Below are positions 1-8,554 of a DNA stretch of 64,000 bases, one piece after another (the first letter of the stretch is position 1; each line of letters starts with the position of its first letter). A program made the translations under genes and the position numbers. Source of the DNA: Candidatus Eiseniibacteriota bacterium (GTDB taxonomy: Bacteria > Eisenbacteria > RBG-16-71-46); the NCBI GenBank assembly GCA_031364845.1, contig JANLWX010000065.1, positions 39,665-103,664 of the forward strand, written 5' to 3'. Below the pieces are notes generated by a model that ran no database searches, was not told where the DNA came from, and saw nothing but the letters and a program-made list of their open reading frames with translations.

Positions 1-2
1 GA

Positions 3-818
3 TTCCGGCGGTGGGCACTGGACCAGATCGATGATGAGCTGGCGCAACGTTTCTGGACCCGGACCTATCTGGCTTACGCGCGGGATAGCCACATCCCGCT
101 GGTTAATCGCCTTTCGCGGTTCCTGCGACCGCGATTCACGCGTTCCTTGATGTGCACGTCGGGCTCCGGACTGAACATTCGCCGGTGCATGGACGAGGGG
201 AAAATTATCTTGCTCAACGCCTCGGACGGCATCTTGGGTCAGGAGAACGCGGAGATTGTGGGACAGCTGTTCACCTCCAAGCTGCAGCTCGGATCGATGT
301 CTCGGGCGGATACGCCCAAGGATCAACGCCGGCCGTTCATGGTGTACATCGATGAATTTCCATTCTTCTGCAATGTCGGCGCGACCAGCTACGAGCGGAT
401 GTTCAGTCGCAGTCGCAAGTACGGCCTGGGGCTGACGCTGGCGGCACAGCATCTGGGGCAGATTCCCGAACCTCTCCTGCGCGATATTCTGGGCACGATT
501 GGTTCAATCACGGCGTTCCAAGTCGGTTCAACCGATGCCCGCCGGCTCGCGCGAGAATTCGTGGGTGAGCGCAACGGCGAAACGCTCGCAATCGAGCCGG
601 AGACATTCTTGCGTCTCCCTGTCGGCCACGCGGTGTGCCGCATCGGCCGCCACGTCTTCCGCCTCCAGACGCCTTCCCCTCGAGCCGGTGGCTGTGACGC
701 CACACGCAAGACTGTCGAAGCCCTATCGCAGCAGGTTCATGGCGCCCGCCCCCGAACGGTCGCGAGCGGCGATCGTCCAACTCCCACCGCCGCCTTTGAT
801 CCCGCGGAGGTGTTTTGA
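3..818 (+). CDS. Type IV coupling protein / VirD4-TraD-like ATPase, C-terminal part (5' truncated by the window)
   Basis: Frame is open from position 3. Walker B 'FMVYIDEF', 'SRSRKYGLGLTLAAQHLGQ' and 'AFQVGSTDA' are typical of TraD/VirD4 C-terminal domains. Confidence 0.8.
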   Translation, partial: FRRWALDQIDDELAQRFWTRTYLAYARDSHIPLVNRLSRFLRPRFTRSLMCTSGSGLNIRRCMDEGKIILLNASDGILGQENAEIVGQLFTSKLQLGSMSRADTPKDQRRPFMVYIDEFPFFCNVGATSYERMFSRSRKYGLGLTLAAQHLGQIPEPLLRDILGTIGSITAFQVGSTDARRLAREFVGERNGETLAIEPETFLRLPVGHAVCRIGRHVFRLQTPSPRAGGCDATRKTVEALSQQVHGARPRTVASGDRPTPTAAFDPAEVF

Positions 819-1690
819 GCCGCGCGGGATTGCAGATAACTGAGCGGGACAGGACCTTGCTGACCACTCTTGAGCGGTATCGATTTCTGACGGCCGCCCA
901 ACTGCAGCGTCTCAGCTTTCCTTCCAAACACACCTGCTTGCGGCGCATTCTCAAGCTCGAGGCAGCCGGATTAGTCGCGCGTACCCGCGCGGACTCCATG
1001 CTACAGCCGCTGGTCACCCTCACCCGGCGCGGTGCCGCCCTCATCGGGAACGACGTCTCTGGTGCGAAACGCATCGTCTCTGACCTCTTCCTTCGGCATG
1101 CTGTGGAGTTGAACGACTTTCGCATCGCCCTTGAGCAAGCGTGTGCGCAGCGGTCGGACGTGCAACTTGGTGGGTTCGTGCCTGATCTCGCCTCGCATGC
1201 CTCCCGTGGGCGTCAACCCGAGCGGGTCCTCGGGAGCGGAGTCTTCGGTGGCGCCGTCGGATCACACACGCCAGATGCGGCGTTCGTTCTTCAGCGTGAA
1301 GGTCGCGCCGCTTTGTTCTTCCTAGAGATCGATCGCGGCACCGAAGTCATTGGCGATGTGAAGCGCGGAGTGGGCCGAGCGATTACCTACTACCTGCAGG
1401 CCTTCGCCGGAACCGGATTCCAAAGCCTCAGTAGTCTCTTTGATCTGCCGGAGCAGTTCCGCACCTTCCGCGTGCTGTTCGTCACTACGTCATCCGCCCG
1501 GATTAAAAATATTCGCACCCGGTGGGGGGCCGGCGCCGGAACGGCTGATCGGCGCTTCGTGTGGTTGGCGACTAAGGCCGTGTCCCACACCACCGACCTC
1601 TTCGCGGAGGAGTGGGTGACGCTCGAATCGAGCGATGCGCACGCCTACACGATGATGGGCCGCCCGCGGGAGGCAACGCATGCTGCGTAG
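815..1690 (+). CDS. Replication-relaxation (Replic_Relax) family protein
   Basis: N-terminal wHTH 'ITERDRTLL..LERYRFLTAAQL', then 'H..ELNDF' and 'PDAAFVL...FFLEIDRGTE'. Overlaps the coupling-protein stop. Confidence 0.8.
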   Translation: MSRAGLQITERDRTLLTTLERYRFLTAAQLQRLSFPSKHTCLRRILKLEAAGLVARTRADSMLQPLVTLTRRGAALIGNDVSGAKRIVSDLFLRHAVELNDFRIALEQACAQRSDVQLGGFVPDLASHASRGRQPERVLGSGVFGGAVGSHTPDAAFVLQREGRAALFFLEIDRGTEVIGDVKRGVGRAITYYLQAFAGTGFQSLSSLFDLPEQFRTFRVLFVTTSSARIKNIRTRWGAGAGTADRRFVWLATKAVSHTTDLFAEEWVTLESSDAHAYTMMGRPREATHAA

Positions 1691-2195
1691 TCTCAACCCG
1701 CACGACCTCATCGATTGCCAGGTGTTCCTCGTCCAAGGCGCTGGGGAACACGAAGCCACCATTCTCGAAGCCATCGAAAACCGCCTTGAGAACGCGGCGA
1801 TCGGTGACTGGACCCACTGGACGACTACCGATGTTCGCTTGGGTCGGTGGCCATTCGCGCGGCCGGTGAGGCACCTCATCGTTGGACACCGAAGCTTCGG
1901 GGATATCCACGTGCTCGTCGGGGCACGGGGCTATGGAACGAGCCTTGAGCTTTCATTGCTGAAGGCGATGACACCGAATCTGATCAAGCGTCGATTGGCC
2001 GCACTCATGACCGGGGGTGATGAGTCGGCGTGGTCGCGGCCGCGAGGGCTGGCTCAGGAGCGTGAGTTTCAATCATGGGTGTCGGTCGTGGAGCAGTGCG
2101 TTCAGTCGGCGGCAAAGGACCTGGCCAGAAAGCCTAGGAGCGCGACTCCGCCTTTCGCCGGCGGCATGTCCGACGGGGACGGTCAAGTTGTCTAG
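1680..2195 (+). CDS. Hypothetical protein (element accessory)
   Basis: 171-aa ORF overlapping the relaxase stop, with a GGAGG SD upstream. Confidence 0.6.
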   Translation: MLRSLNPHDLIDCQVFLVQGAGEHEATILEAIENRLENAAIGDWTHWTTTDVRLGRWPFARPVRHLIVGHRSFGDIHVLVGARGYGTSLELSLLKAMTPNLIKRRLAALMTGGDESAWSRPRGLAQEREFQSWVSVVEQCVQSAAKDLARKPRSATPPFAGGMSDGDGQVV

Positions 2196-2248
2196 TAGTG
2201 AAATCAAGAGTGGCCGGGTCGTCAGCTTACGATTAACCAAGAACGACC

Positions 2249-2563
2249 GTGAAACACCTCGTTTGGAGAACGATCCTATGGACGCTGTTGCTGGTGCCAG
2301 TTGGCACTGGACGACTGCTGTGGCAAACGGCTCGGACGATTGTGGGCTTCCGTCCGCAGACGCTGCTGATGTTCGTCGGGTTGGCGGTGGCTTTGAGTTT
2401 CCCGAATCCCGTGACCGCGCAGCTAGCTCAAGCCGAGGTCTGGCCCCCGGGGCAAATGATCTTGGTCAGGCTGCTGCCGGCACTTGGGGCGGGGGTGCTC
2501 TACCACGGACTGCGCTCGCCGATGCAGCGACGGCTCTGGCGGAGGTTACAACGCTCGAGTTGA
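2249..2563 (+). CDS. Small hypothetical membrane protein
   Basis: 104 aa with 2-3 hydrophobic segments, co-oriented within the element. Confidence 0.5.
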   Translation: MKHLVWRTILWTLLLVPVGTGRLLWQTARTIVGFRPQTLLMFVGLAVALSFPNPVTAQLAQAEVWPPGQMILVRLLPALGAGVLYHGLRSPMQRRLWRRLQRSS

Positions 2564-2699
2564 GCCACCAGCAGAGTCCTTTGCGACAGGTAACGGGCGC
2601 AGATCCTCCGACGTCTCTCGATGCGGCGTCCGTGGTCCCTAACGGGGACTCGCGGGTTGACGCTTCCCGGCCAATTTCTCTTCGGCGCGGGTGTTGACC

Positions 2700-2912
2700 A
2701 TGCCTGCGCCTTCGCTCGTGCCCGCAGTTGAGCGGCTGCTGTGTGTCCGCGAACTGGCGGATTTGCTGCAGCTCCATCCGAAGACGGTCGAGCGCATGGC
2801 CCGCGCCGGTCGGCTGCCTAGCCTTCGCGTGTGTGGCCGCCTAAGATTTCGACCGAGCGACATCGCTTCGTGGTTGGCGGCTCGGGAGGACCGCACATGC
2901 CACGACTCATGA
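2700..2912 (+). CDS. Excisionase-like helix-turn-helix protein
   Basis: 'LLCVRELADLLQLHPKTVERMARAGRLPSLRVCGRLRFRPSDIASWL' matches the HTH_17/Xis pattern. Overlaps the integrase start. Confidence 0.85.
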   Translation: MPAPSLVPAVERLLCVRELADLLQLHPKTVERMARAGRLPSLRVCGRLRFRPSDIASWLAAREDRTCHDS

Positions 2913-3955
2913 AAGGCCTTCGCCAGCGCGGCCGGAGCTATTACTTCCGGATTCGCGATGGAGAAGGAGAACAAAGCATTCCCCTCGGTCGGGACTTTGA
3001 TCGCGCCATGACGCGCGCATTGGGGATCCGCCGCCGTCTGAAAGCCGGCCTACCGCCCACGGAAGAACGGTTGGCCACCTTCACCCTGCGAGACGCCGTG
3101 GAGCGTTGGTTGGAAGATCACGTGCGGCATGCCCGCCATGGAGCGTTTGCGGACAACACGCGTTCGCGCTGCGAACGGGTGCTGCTGCCGTTCATGGGGG
3201 GTGTCCAGATCGAGGATGTCACCGCCAGCAGGCTGTATGCCTACCGCAACCACTTGGTTGTGCTGCGCAGCCGGCGCGGTGGCCCGCTATCGGCCGCGAC
3301 AGTGCGGATGTTTCTCGGTGACGTGCGAGCGGTGCTGAATCACGCCCTGACACTGCAAGTGCTGGATCGCTCACCGATCCCGCGCAAGTGGCTGCCACGG
3401 CTACCGGAGCAAGCTCCTGATGTGCTGTCCCGAGATGAACAGGCGGTGCTGCGAAATTTGCCTGATGACTTCGGGCGGACCTTGCGGCTGCTGCTCGGCA
3501 CGGGCATCCGCTGGGGCGAACTCGACCGCGCTCAAGCAAGAGACATCCAGGCCGGCAAGCTCGTCATCAAGCGCAGCAAATCTGGGAAGATTCGCCGCGT
3601 GCCACTCCCGGCTGATGTGCTGCACGAGTGTCGCGGGCGCGTGGGCCAGCTATCGCCGTTTCGCGATGCCTGCCAATTCAACAAGAGCGTGCGGAAGCTG
3701 TCGGGGATTGTTCGGTTCCACTCGCACCTGTGTCGGCACACCTTCGCGACCGAATGGCGAGAGGCCGGGGGATCACTCGCAGCTCTCCAAGCGATCCTTG
3801 GTCACGGGAGCATCGCGGTGACAGAACGCTACGGCACGATCGGCGATGACTTGGTGGATCGCGAGGCGCAGCGGGTCGCCGAGTACCGCGTTTCGAGGTC
3901 GGCCCCGTGCAAACGGGACAGAAAACGGGACAGGTCACCGTTGTCCGTGAGCTAA
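2897..3955 (+). CDS. Tyrosine recombinase / integrase
   Basis: Catalytic residues present: R (TGIRWGE), K (KSGK), HxxR (HLCRH), H (LGH), Y (TERY). GGAGGA SD before ATG 2897. Confidence 0.93.
   Translation: MPRLMKGLRQRGRSYYFRIRDGEGEQSIPLGRDFDRAMTRALGIRRRLKAGLPPTEERLATFTLRDAVERWLEDHVRHARHGAFADNTRSRCERVLLPFMGGVQIEDVTASRLYAYRNHLVVLRSRRGGPLSAATVRMFLGDVRAVLNHALTLQVLDRSPIPRKWLPRLPEQAPDVLSRDEQAVLRNLPDDFGRTLRLLLGTGIRWGELDRAQARDIQAGKLVIKRSKSGKIRRVPLPADVLHECRGRVGQLSPFRDACQFNKSVRKLSGIVRFHSHLCRHTFATEWREAGGSLAALQAILGHGSIAVTERYGTIGDDLVDREAQRVAEYRVSRSAPCKRDRKRDRSPLSVS
3911..3933 (+). repeat. Tandem 11-bp direct repeat AAACGGGACAG (candidate integrase arm-binding sites)
   Basis: Exact copies at 3911-3921 and 3923-3933, about 25 bp from the tRNA 3' end. 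Confidence 0.55.
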
Positions 3956-3957
3956 GT

Positions 3958-4033
<76 letters not shown>

Positions 4034-4073
4034 ACATTTCCGGTTCGCGTGCGGAACGCGAAAAGCGCCGCGT

Positions 4074-4103
4074 AATTTACGGTCGAAACGACGCTCGCGT
4101 CAA
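4074..4103 (-). promoter_or_regulatory. Putative sigma70 promoter of tRNA-Lys
   Basis: Minus strand TTGACG-18 nt-TAAATT, about 40 nt upstream of the tRNA. Confidence 0.55.
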
Positions 4104-4275
4104 GCTGGATTCGGATTCTCGTCGATTCCGTGGACCCGGGCACTGACCGCGGTAAGCGGATGTCGCGCTCCCCGCGGAGGGACCGAGTGTACTGCCGCGC
4201 AACCAGGCGGGGGATTACGGTACCTTCTCCGTGCCGAGCTCGAACCGCAGCACTCCATCCACCCGAGACCGCAGC

Positions 4276-5514
4276 ATGGTTGCTCAATCCACCGACGAAT
4301 GGACCGCCACCGAACTCTTCGAACGCCTGATGGCGCGCGAGAGCTTTATGCTGCTCGACGTGCGTGCGGGGGATGAGTTCGAGGAGTGGCGCATCGAGGG
4401 CCGCGAGCCGCTGGCGACGCGCAGCGCGCCGTACTTCGAGTTGATCGAGCGCGCCGAGAGCGACGATCCCAAACAATGCGCCACTGCGCTCATCGCCATG
4501 CCGGATGCGGTGCCGCTGCCTAAGGACGTGCCGATCCTGGTCGCGTGCGCCAAGGGTGGATCCTCTGCGTTCATCGCGGACGGCCTGCGCCAGCTCGGGT
4601 ACCGCGCGGTCAACCTCGCGGGAGGAATGGAGGCGTGGTCGCACACGACGTTCGCGATGCCGGTTGTGCGTGGGGCGCGGCGTACGGGTGACATGGCTGT
4701 GGGCGCAAGCGAAGCATCCTCGACGATCTTTCAAGTCGGCCGCCCATCGCGCGGATGCCTCAGCTACGTCATCGTCTCGGCGGGCGAGGCCGCGATCATC
4801 GATCCCCTGCGTGATCCCGAGCCGTACCTCGCGCTGCTGGATCGCGAGTCGTTGCGCGCGGCGTTCGTGCTCGACACGCACGCGCACGCCGACCACGTGA
4901 GCGGCGGGCCCGCGCTCGCGAAACGGCTGGACGTTCCGTACTGGCTTCACCCGTACGACGCGATCCACCCTATGGACCTGGTGCCGGGGAGCGTCGCCTA
5001 CGAGCCGCTGCGCGATGATCAGACATTGAAGCTGGGTCAGGCGACGATCGAAGTGCTCCACATCCCGGGACACACGCTCGGTAATGTGGCGCTGCGCATC
5101 GGCGGGTCGTTGCTGTCGGGCGATAGCATCTTCATCGACTCGGTCGCGCGCCCCGATCTCGGGGGACGCGGCGAAGCGTGGGCAAGGCTCCACTGGCGAT
5201 CGTTGCGCCGGTTGCTCACGCTCGCAGACGATGTCACGGTGCTGCCGGGACACGTGAGCACGCTCGCCGAGGCAGACTCCGAAGAGCGGTTCGCTGCGCG
5301 ACTCGGCGACTTGCGCCGGTCGAACGAAGGCCTGCGGGAAGCGCAGAAGAGCGAGGACGAGTTCGTCGCCTGGATCATGAGCCACGCGGCGGAGATTCCA
5401 CTGCGCTACATCGACATCAAACGCGTGAACCTCGGGCTCAAGCAGGTCGACGACGATGGCGCCGCGGAACTCGAGATCGGCAAGAACGTCTGCGCGATGG
5501 CGAACGCCCGATGA
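4276..5514 (+). CDS. Rhodanese + metallo-beta-lactamase (persulfide dioxygenase-like) fusion
   Basis: Rhodanese 'LLDVR..EF..W.I' with active loop 'CAKGGSS'. MBL motifs 'DTHAHADH', 'PGHT', 'SGD' and 'LPGH'. Confidence 0.88.
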   Translation: MVAQSTDEWTATELFERLMARESFMLLDVRAGDEFEEWRIEGREPLATRSAPYFELIERAESDDPKQCATALIAMPDAVPLPKDVPILVACAKGGSSAFIADGLRQLGYRAVNLAGGMEAWSHTTFAMPVVRGARRTGDMAVGASEASSTIFQVGRPSRGCLSYVIVSAGEAAIIDPLRDPEPYLALLDRESLRAAFVLDTHAHADHVSGGPALAKRLDVPYWLHPYDAIHPMDLVPGSVAYEPLRDDQTLKLGQATIEVLHIPGHTLGNVALRIGGSLLSGDSIFIDSVARPDLGGRGEAWARLHWRSLRRLLTLADDVTVLPGHVSTLAEADSEERFAARLGDLRRSNEGLREAQKSEDEFVAWIMSHAAEIPLRYIDIKRVNLGLKQVDDDGAAELEIGKNVCAMANAR

Positions 5515-5566
5515 GGCACCGCGATGGGACAGGCGCTGTGCGTGGCGCAGTGGCGAGGAGGAACGC

Positions 5567-5815
5567 ATGACCCACTTTGATCGCACTCTCGATGCGCGCG
5601 GGCTCAACTGCCCGATGCCGATCATCAAGGCTCGCCAGGAGCTGGGCATGATCGAGCCAGGACAGGTGCTGCAGATCCTGAGCACCGACCGCGGGTCGGT
5701 GAAGGATTTCCAGGGCTGGGCCAAGACCGCGAAGAATGTCGAACTGGTCGCACAGGAAGACGCGCAGCAGGACGGCAAGGCCGTCTACGTGCACTACGTG
5801 AAGCGCGTGAGTTGA
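5567..5815 (+). CDS. tusA: TusA-family sulfur carrier
   Basis: 'LDARGLNCPMP' CPxP motif. GAGGAG SD. Confidence 0.9.
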   Translation: MTHFDRTLDARGLNCPMPIIKARQELGMIEPGQVLQILSTDRGSVKDFQGWAKTAKNVELVAQEDAQQDGKAVYVHYVKRVS

Positions 5816-5826
5816 AGGGGAGGCAC

Positions 5827-6399
5827 ATGACGACGACCGCAGCAGGCACCACCCCGGCCTCCACCGCGAGTGTCGAGGAACGAATCGCCGCACTCGAGCG
5901 CAGACTCGCCGAGGCGGAAGAGCGGCTCCCCGAGGATCGCGTGACGATCGTCGTGTTCTCGGGCGACCTCGACAAGGTCATCGCCGCGCATGTGATCGCG
6001 ACGGGTGCCGTCGCGATGGGGCAGCAGGTGAGCATGTTCTTCACGTTCTGGGGCCTGAACGCGCTGCGCACCGGCAAGACACTCGAGGGCAAGCACCTGT
6101 TCGAGAAGATGATGGCGGTGATGTCGCCCGGCGGATCGACTTCGCTGCCGGTCTCCAAGATGAACTACTTCGGAGCCGGGGCGATCATGCTGCGCGAAAT
6201 GATGAAGAACAAGAATGTCGCTTCGCTCGAGGACATGATGCAGATGGCGCGCGATATGGGGGTGCGCGTGATCGCGTGCGAGATGTCGCGCGATGTGATG
6301 GGGATCACGGATGCCGAACTCGCCTCCGGAATCGAGTGTGGGGGCGCGGCGTCGATGCTGGCCGACGCGCTGAAGAGCCGGGCGACGCTGTTCATCTAG
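5827..6399 (+). CDS. DsrE2-like (DsrE/DsrF/DrsH) sulfur transferase
   Basis: 'IVVFSGDLDK..A...IATGA.AMG..V.MFFTFWGL' and 'IACEMSRDVMGI'. Confidence 0.88.
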   Translation: MTTTAAGTTPASTASVEERIAALERRLAEAEERLPEDRVTIVVFSGDLDKVIAAHVIATGAVAMGQQVSMFFTFWGLNALRTGKTLEGKHLFEKMMAVMSPGGSTSLPVSKMNYFGAGAIMLREMMKNKNVASLEDMMQMARDMGVRVIACEMSRDVMGITDAELASGIECGGAASMLADALKSRATLFI

Positions 6400-6501
6400 G
6401 CCGCGATGTCTGCGGGACCACCGGCCGTGCTATCTTCGCCTCCCTGTGCATCTGGTGGCGCGCGGCCCATGCCGCGCGTGCAATCCCCCATGAGGAGTGC
6501 C

Positions 6502-6906
6502 ATGGACGTGGGACTCCCGGAACGGCGGTCGTCATCTTTTCTGCGCTACTGGCTTCCGGCTCTGATCTATGTGGCGGTGATCTTCACGCTCAGCGCCCAG
6601 CCGGGGCTGCGGGCGCCGCTCGAGTTCAACAACTCGGACAAGTTCTACCACCTGCTCGAGTACATGGGGCTGGGCGTGCTGATCGCGCGCGTGCTGGCGC
6701 ACGTGATGCCGGCGCCGCGGCCGGTGCCCGCCGCGTTGCTCGCGATCGCGATCGGTGCGCTGATCGCGACCTGCGACGAGTTCTTCCAGTCCACGGTGCC
6801 CAATCGCCAGTCGAGCGTCTACGACGCGCTCGCGGACACGCTCGGGTTGGCACTGGGGCAGCTGCTCTACTGGCGCTGGCGCGCGCGCCGCGCGCGGCCG
6901 GAGTGA
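6502..6906 (+). CDS. VanZ-like membrane protein
   Basis: 'SDKFYH..EY..LG' and 'DEFFQSTVPNR..S..D..AD..G'. GAGGAG SD before 6502. Confidence 0.85.
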   Translation: MDVGLPERRSSSFLRYWLPALIYVAVIFTLSAQPGLRAPLEFNNSDKFYHLLEYMGLGVLIARVLAHVMPAPRPVPAALLAIAIGALIATCDEFFQSTVPNRQSSVYDALADTLGLALGQLLYWRWRARRARPE

Positions 6907-6910
6907 CGCG

Positions 6911-8257
6911 ATGAAGCATCAGGCGCCGCGCGGCACGCGCGATCTGCTGCCGGGCGACATCGAGCGCTGGCAATGGGCCGAGGCCCAGGCGCGCGGTGTG
7001 CTCGATCGCTACGGATACCGCGAGATCCGTACGCCGATCTTCGAGGACTACGAGTTGTTCGCGCGCACGAGCGGCGAGTCTAGCGACGTGGTCCAGAAGG
7101 AGATGTACCGGTTCAAGGATCTCGGCGACCGCGATCTCGCGCTGCGTCCCGAGGGTACGGCGGGCGTGTGCCGGGCGTATCTCGAGCACGGCCTGGGCGG
7201 CCGCTCGCGCATTCATCGGCTCTGGTACATGGGCCCGATGTTCCGTTACGGGCGTCCGCAGAAGGGGCGCTATCGCCAGTTCTGGCAGATCGGCGCCGAG
7301 GTGATCGGCACGCCGGCGCCTGCGGCGGACGTCGAGATGATCGCGCTGTTCGTGGATCTGTTCGAGGCGTGGGGCTTCAAGGATCTCGTGGTCGCGGTGA
7401 ACAGCGTGGGAACGCCCGAGACGCGGCGCGCGTACGGCGACGCACTGCGCGCGTGGCTCGCTCCGGTGCGCGAGCGGCTGAGCGCGGACTCGCAGGCGCG
7501 GCTCGAGACGAATCCGATGCGCGTGCTGGACTCGAAGAGTCCGGGGGATCTGGCACTGCTGCGCGGTGAGTGGAATGCGGAGGCCGGCGCGGTCGCGGCA
7601 TCGAACGCGACGCCTTCAGGCCCGCTCCCGCGCATGCTCGATGTGCTCGACGAGGAATCACGCGCGCACTTCGCCGCGGTACTCGAAGGGCTCGACGGAT
7701 TCGGCATCACGCACGAAACCGATCATGGACTGGTGCGCGGGCTCGACTACTACACGCGCACGGCGTTCGAAGTGCACGATCGCTCGCTCGGCGCGCAGAG
7801 CGCGCTCGGCGGCGGCGGGCGCTACGACGGTTTGATCGAAGCGCTCGGCGGCCCTCCGACGCCCGGTGTGGGGTTCTCGATCGGCCTCGATCGCACGATG
7901 CTTGCGCTCGATGAGCGCGGGGTCGCGGCGCCCGCGGCCGCCGACGGTGTGTTCGTAGTCACGATGGACACGACGCGGCAGGCGGCACTCGGCATGATCC
8001 GCGACCTGCGTCGCGAGTTCACGGTGACGACCGATCTCGACGGCAAGGGTTTCAACGCGCAGATGAAGTCCGCGGGCAAGAGCGGCGCACGGTTGCTCGT
8101 GATCTGCGGCGATGACGAATGGCAACGCGGCGAAGTCGTGGTGAAGAACCTGGGTGACGGGAGCCAGACGACGGCGACGGTTGCGGGACTTCACGACGTG
8201 CTGCGCGCTCGCCTCATGGAACCGGCCGCTGCAACGGCGACGCAAGGAGAGAAGTAA
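6911..8257 (+). CDS. hisS: Histidine--tRNA ligase
   Basis: 'PRGTRD', 'LRPEGTA', 'RYRQF.Q', 'VRGLDYY', 'GGGRYDGL' and a C-terminal anticodon-binding domain. Confidence 0.97.
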   Translation: MKHQAPRGTRDLLPGDIERWQWAEAQARGVLDRYGYREIRTPIFEDYELFARTSGESSDVVQKEMYRFKDLGDRDLALRPEGTAGVCRAYLEHGLGGRSRIHRLWYMGPMFRYGRPQKGRYRQFWQIGAEVIGTPAPAADVEMIALFVDLFEAWGFKDLVVAVNSVGTPETRRAYGDALRAWLAPVRERLSADSQARLETNPMRVLDSKSPGDLALLRGEWNAEAGAVAASNATPSGPLPRMLDVLDEESRAHFAAVLEGLDGFGITHETDHGLVRGLDYYTRTAFEVHDRSLGAQSALGGGGRYDGLIEALGGPPTPGVGFSIGLDRTMLALDERGVAAPAAADGVFVVTMDTTRQAALGMIRDLRREFTVTTDLDGKGFNAQMKSAGKSGARLLVICGDDEWQRGEVVVKNLGDGSQTTATVAGLHDVLRARLMEPAAATATQGEK

Positions 8258-8490
8258 TGGCGTTCACTATCACGATCGTCGACGACTCCGGCCGCGGTAT
8301 CGAAGGTCTGCGCGTGACGCTGCGGTTCGTCGAGCCGCTGCGCGGCGATCCGCCGACCGAGTACACCGACGAGAACGGTCGTGCGGAATTCGAAGGCTTT
8401 GATGAGGGCGAAGTTCAGGTGTTCGTCGACGGCGTCGACTGCGGCGTCTACAACTACGACGACGGCGAGACCGTGACGATCACGCGATAA
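8257..8490 (+). CDS. Small acidic beta-rich hypothetical protein
   Basis: 77 aa, TAATG coupling to hisS. 'VDDSGRGIEG..V', 'TDENGRAEF' resemble a prealbumin/carboxypeptidase-regulatory-like fold. Confidence 0.7.
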   Translation: MAFTITIVDDSGRGIEGLRVTLRFVEPLRGDPPTEYTDENGRAEFEGFDEGEVQVFVDGVDCGVYNYDDGETVTITR

Positions 8491-8554
8491 TGAAGGATGG
8501 CGCGGACCGGCACACGCCGCACGCTGCCGTATACGGAAACGGAAAACGAATCCC

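Larger units (their letters stand above)
1..3957. mobile_element. Right arm of an integrative (IME/ICE-like) element inserted at the 3' end of tRNA-Lys
   Basis: Co-oriented VirD4-like ATPase, Replic_Relax protein, excisionase HTH and tyrosine integrase. The integrase stop (3953-3955) lies 2 nt from the tRNA CCA end (3958). The left end is outside the window. Confidence 0.85.
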
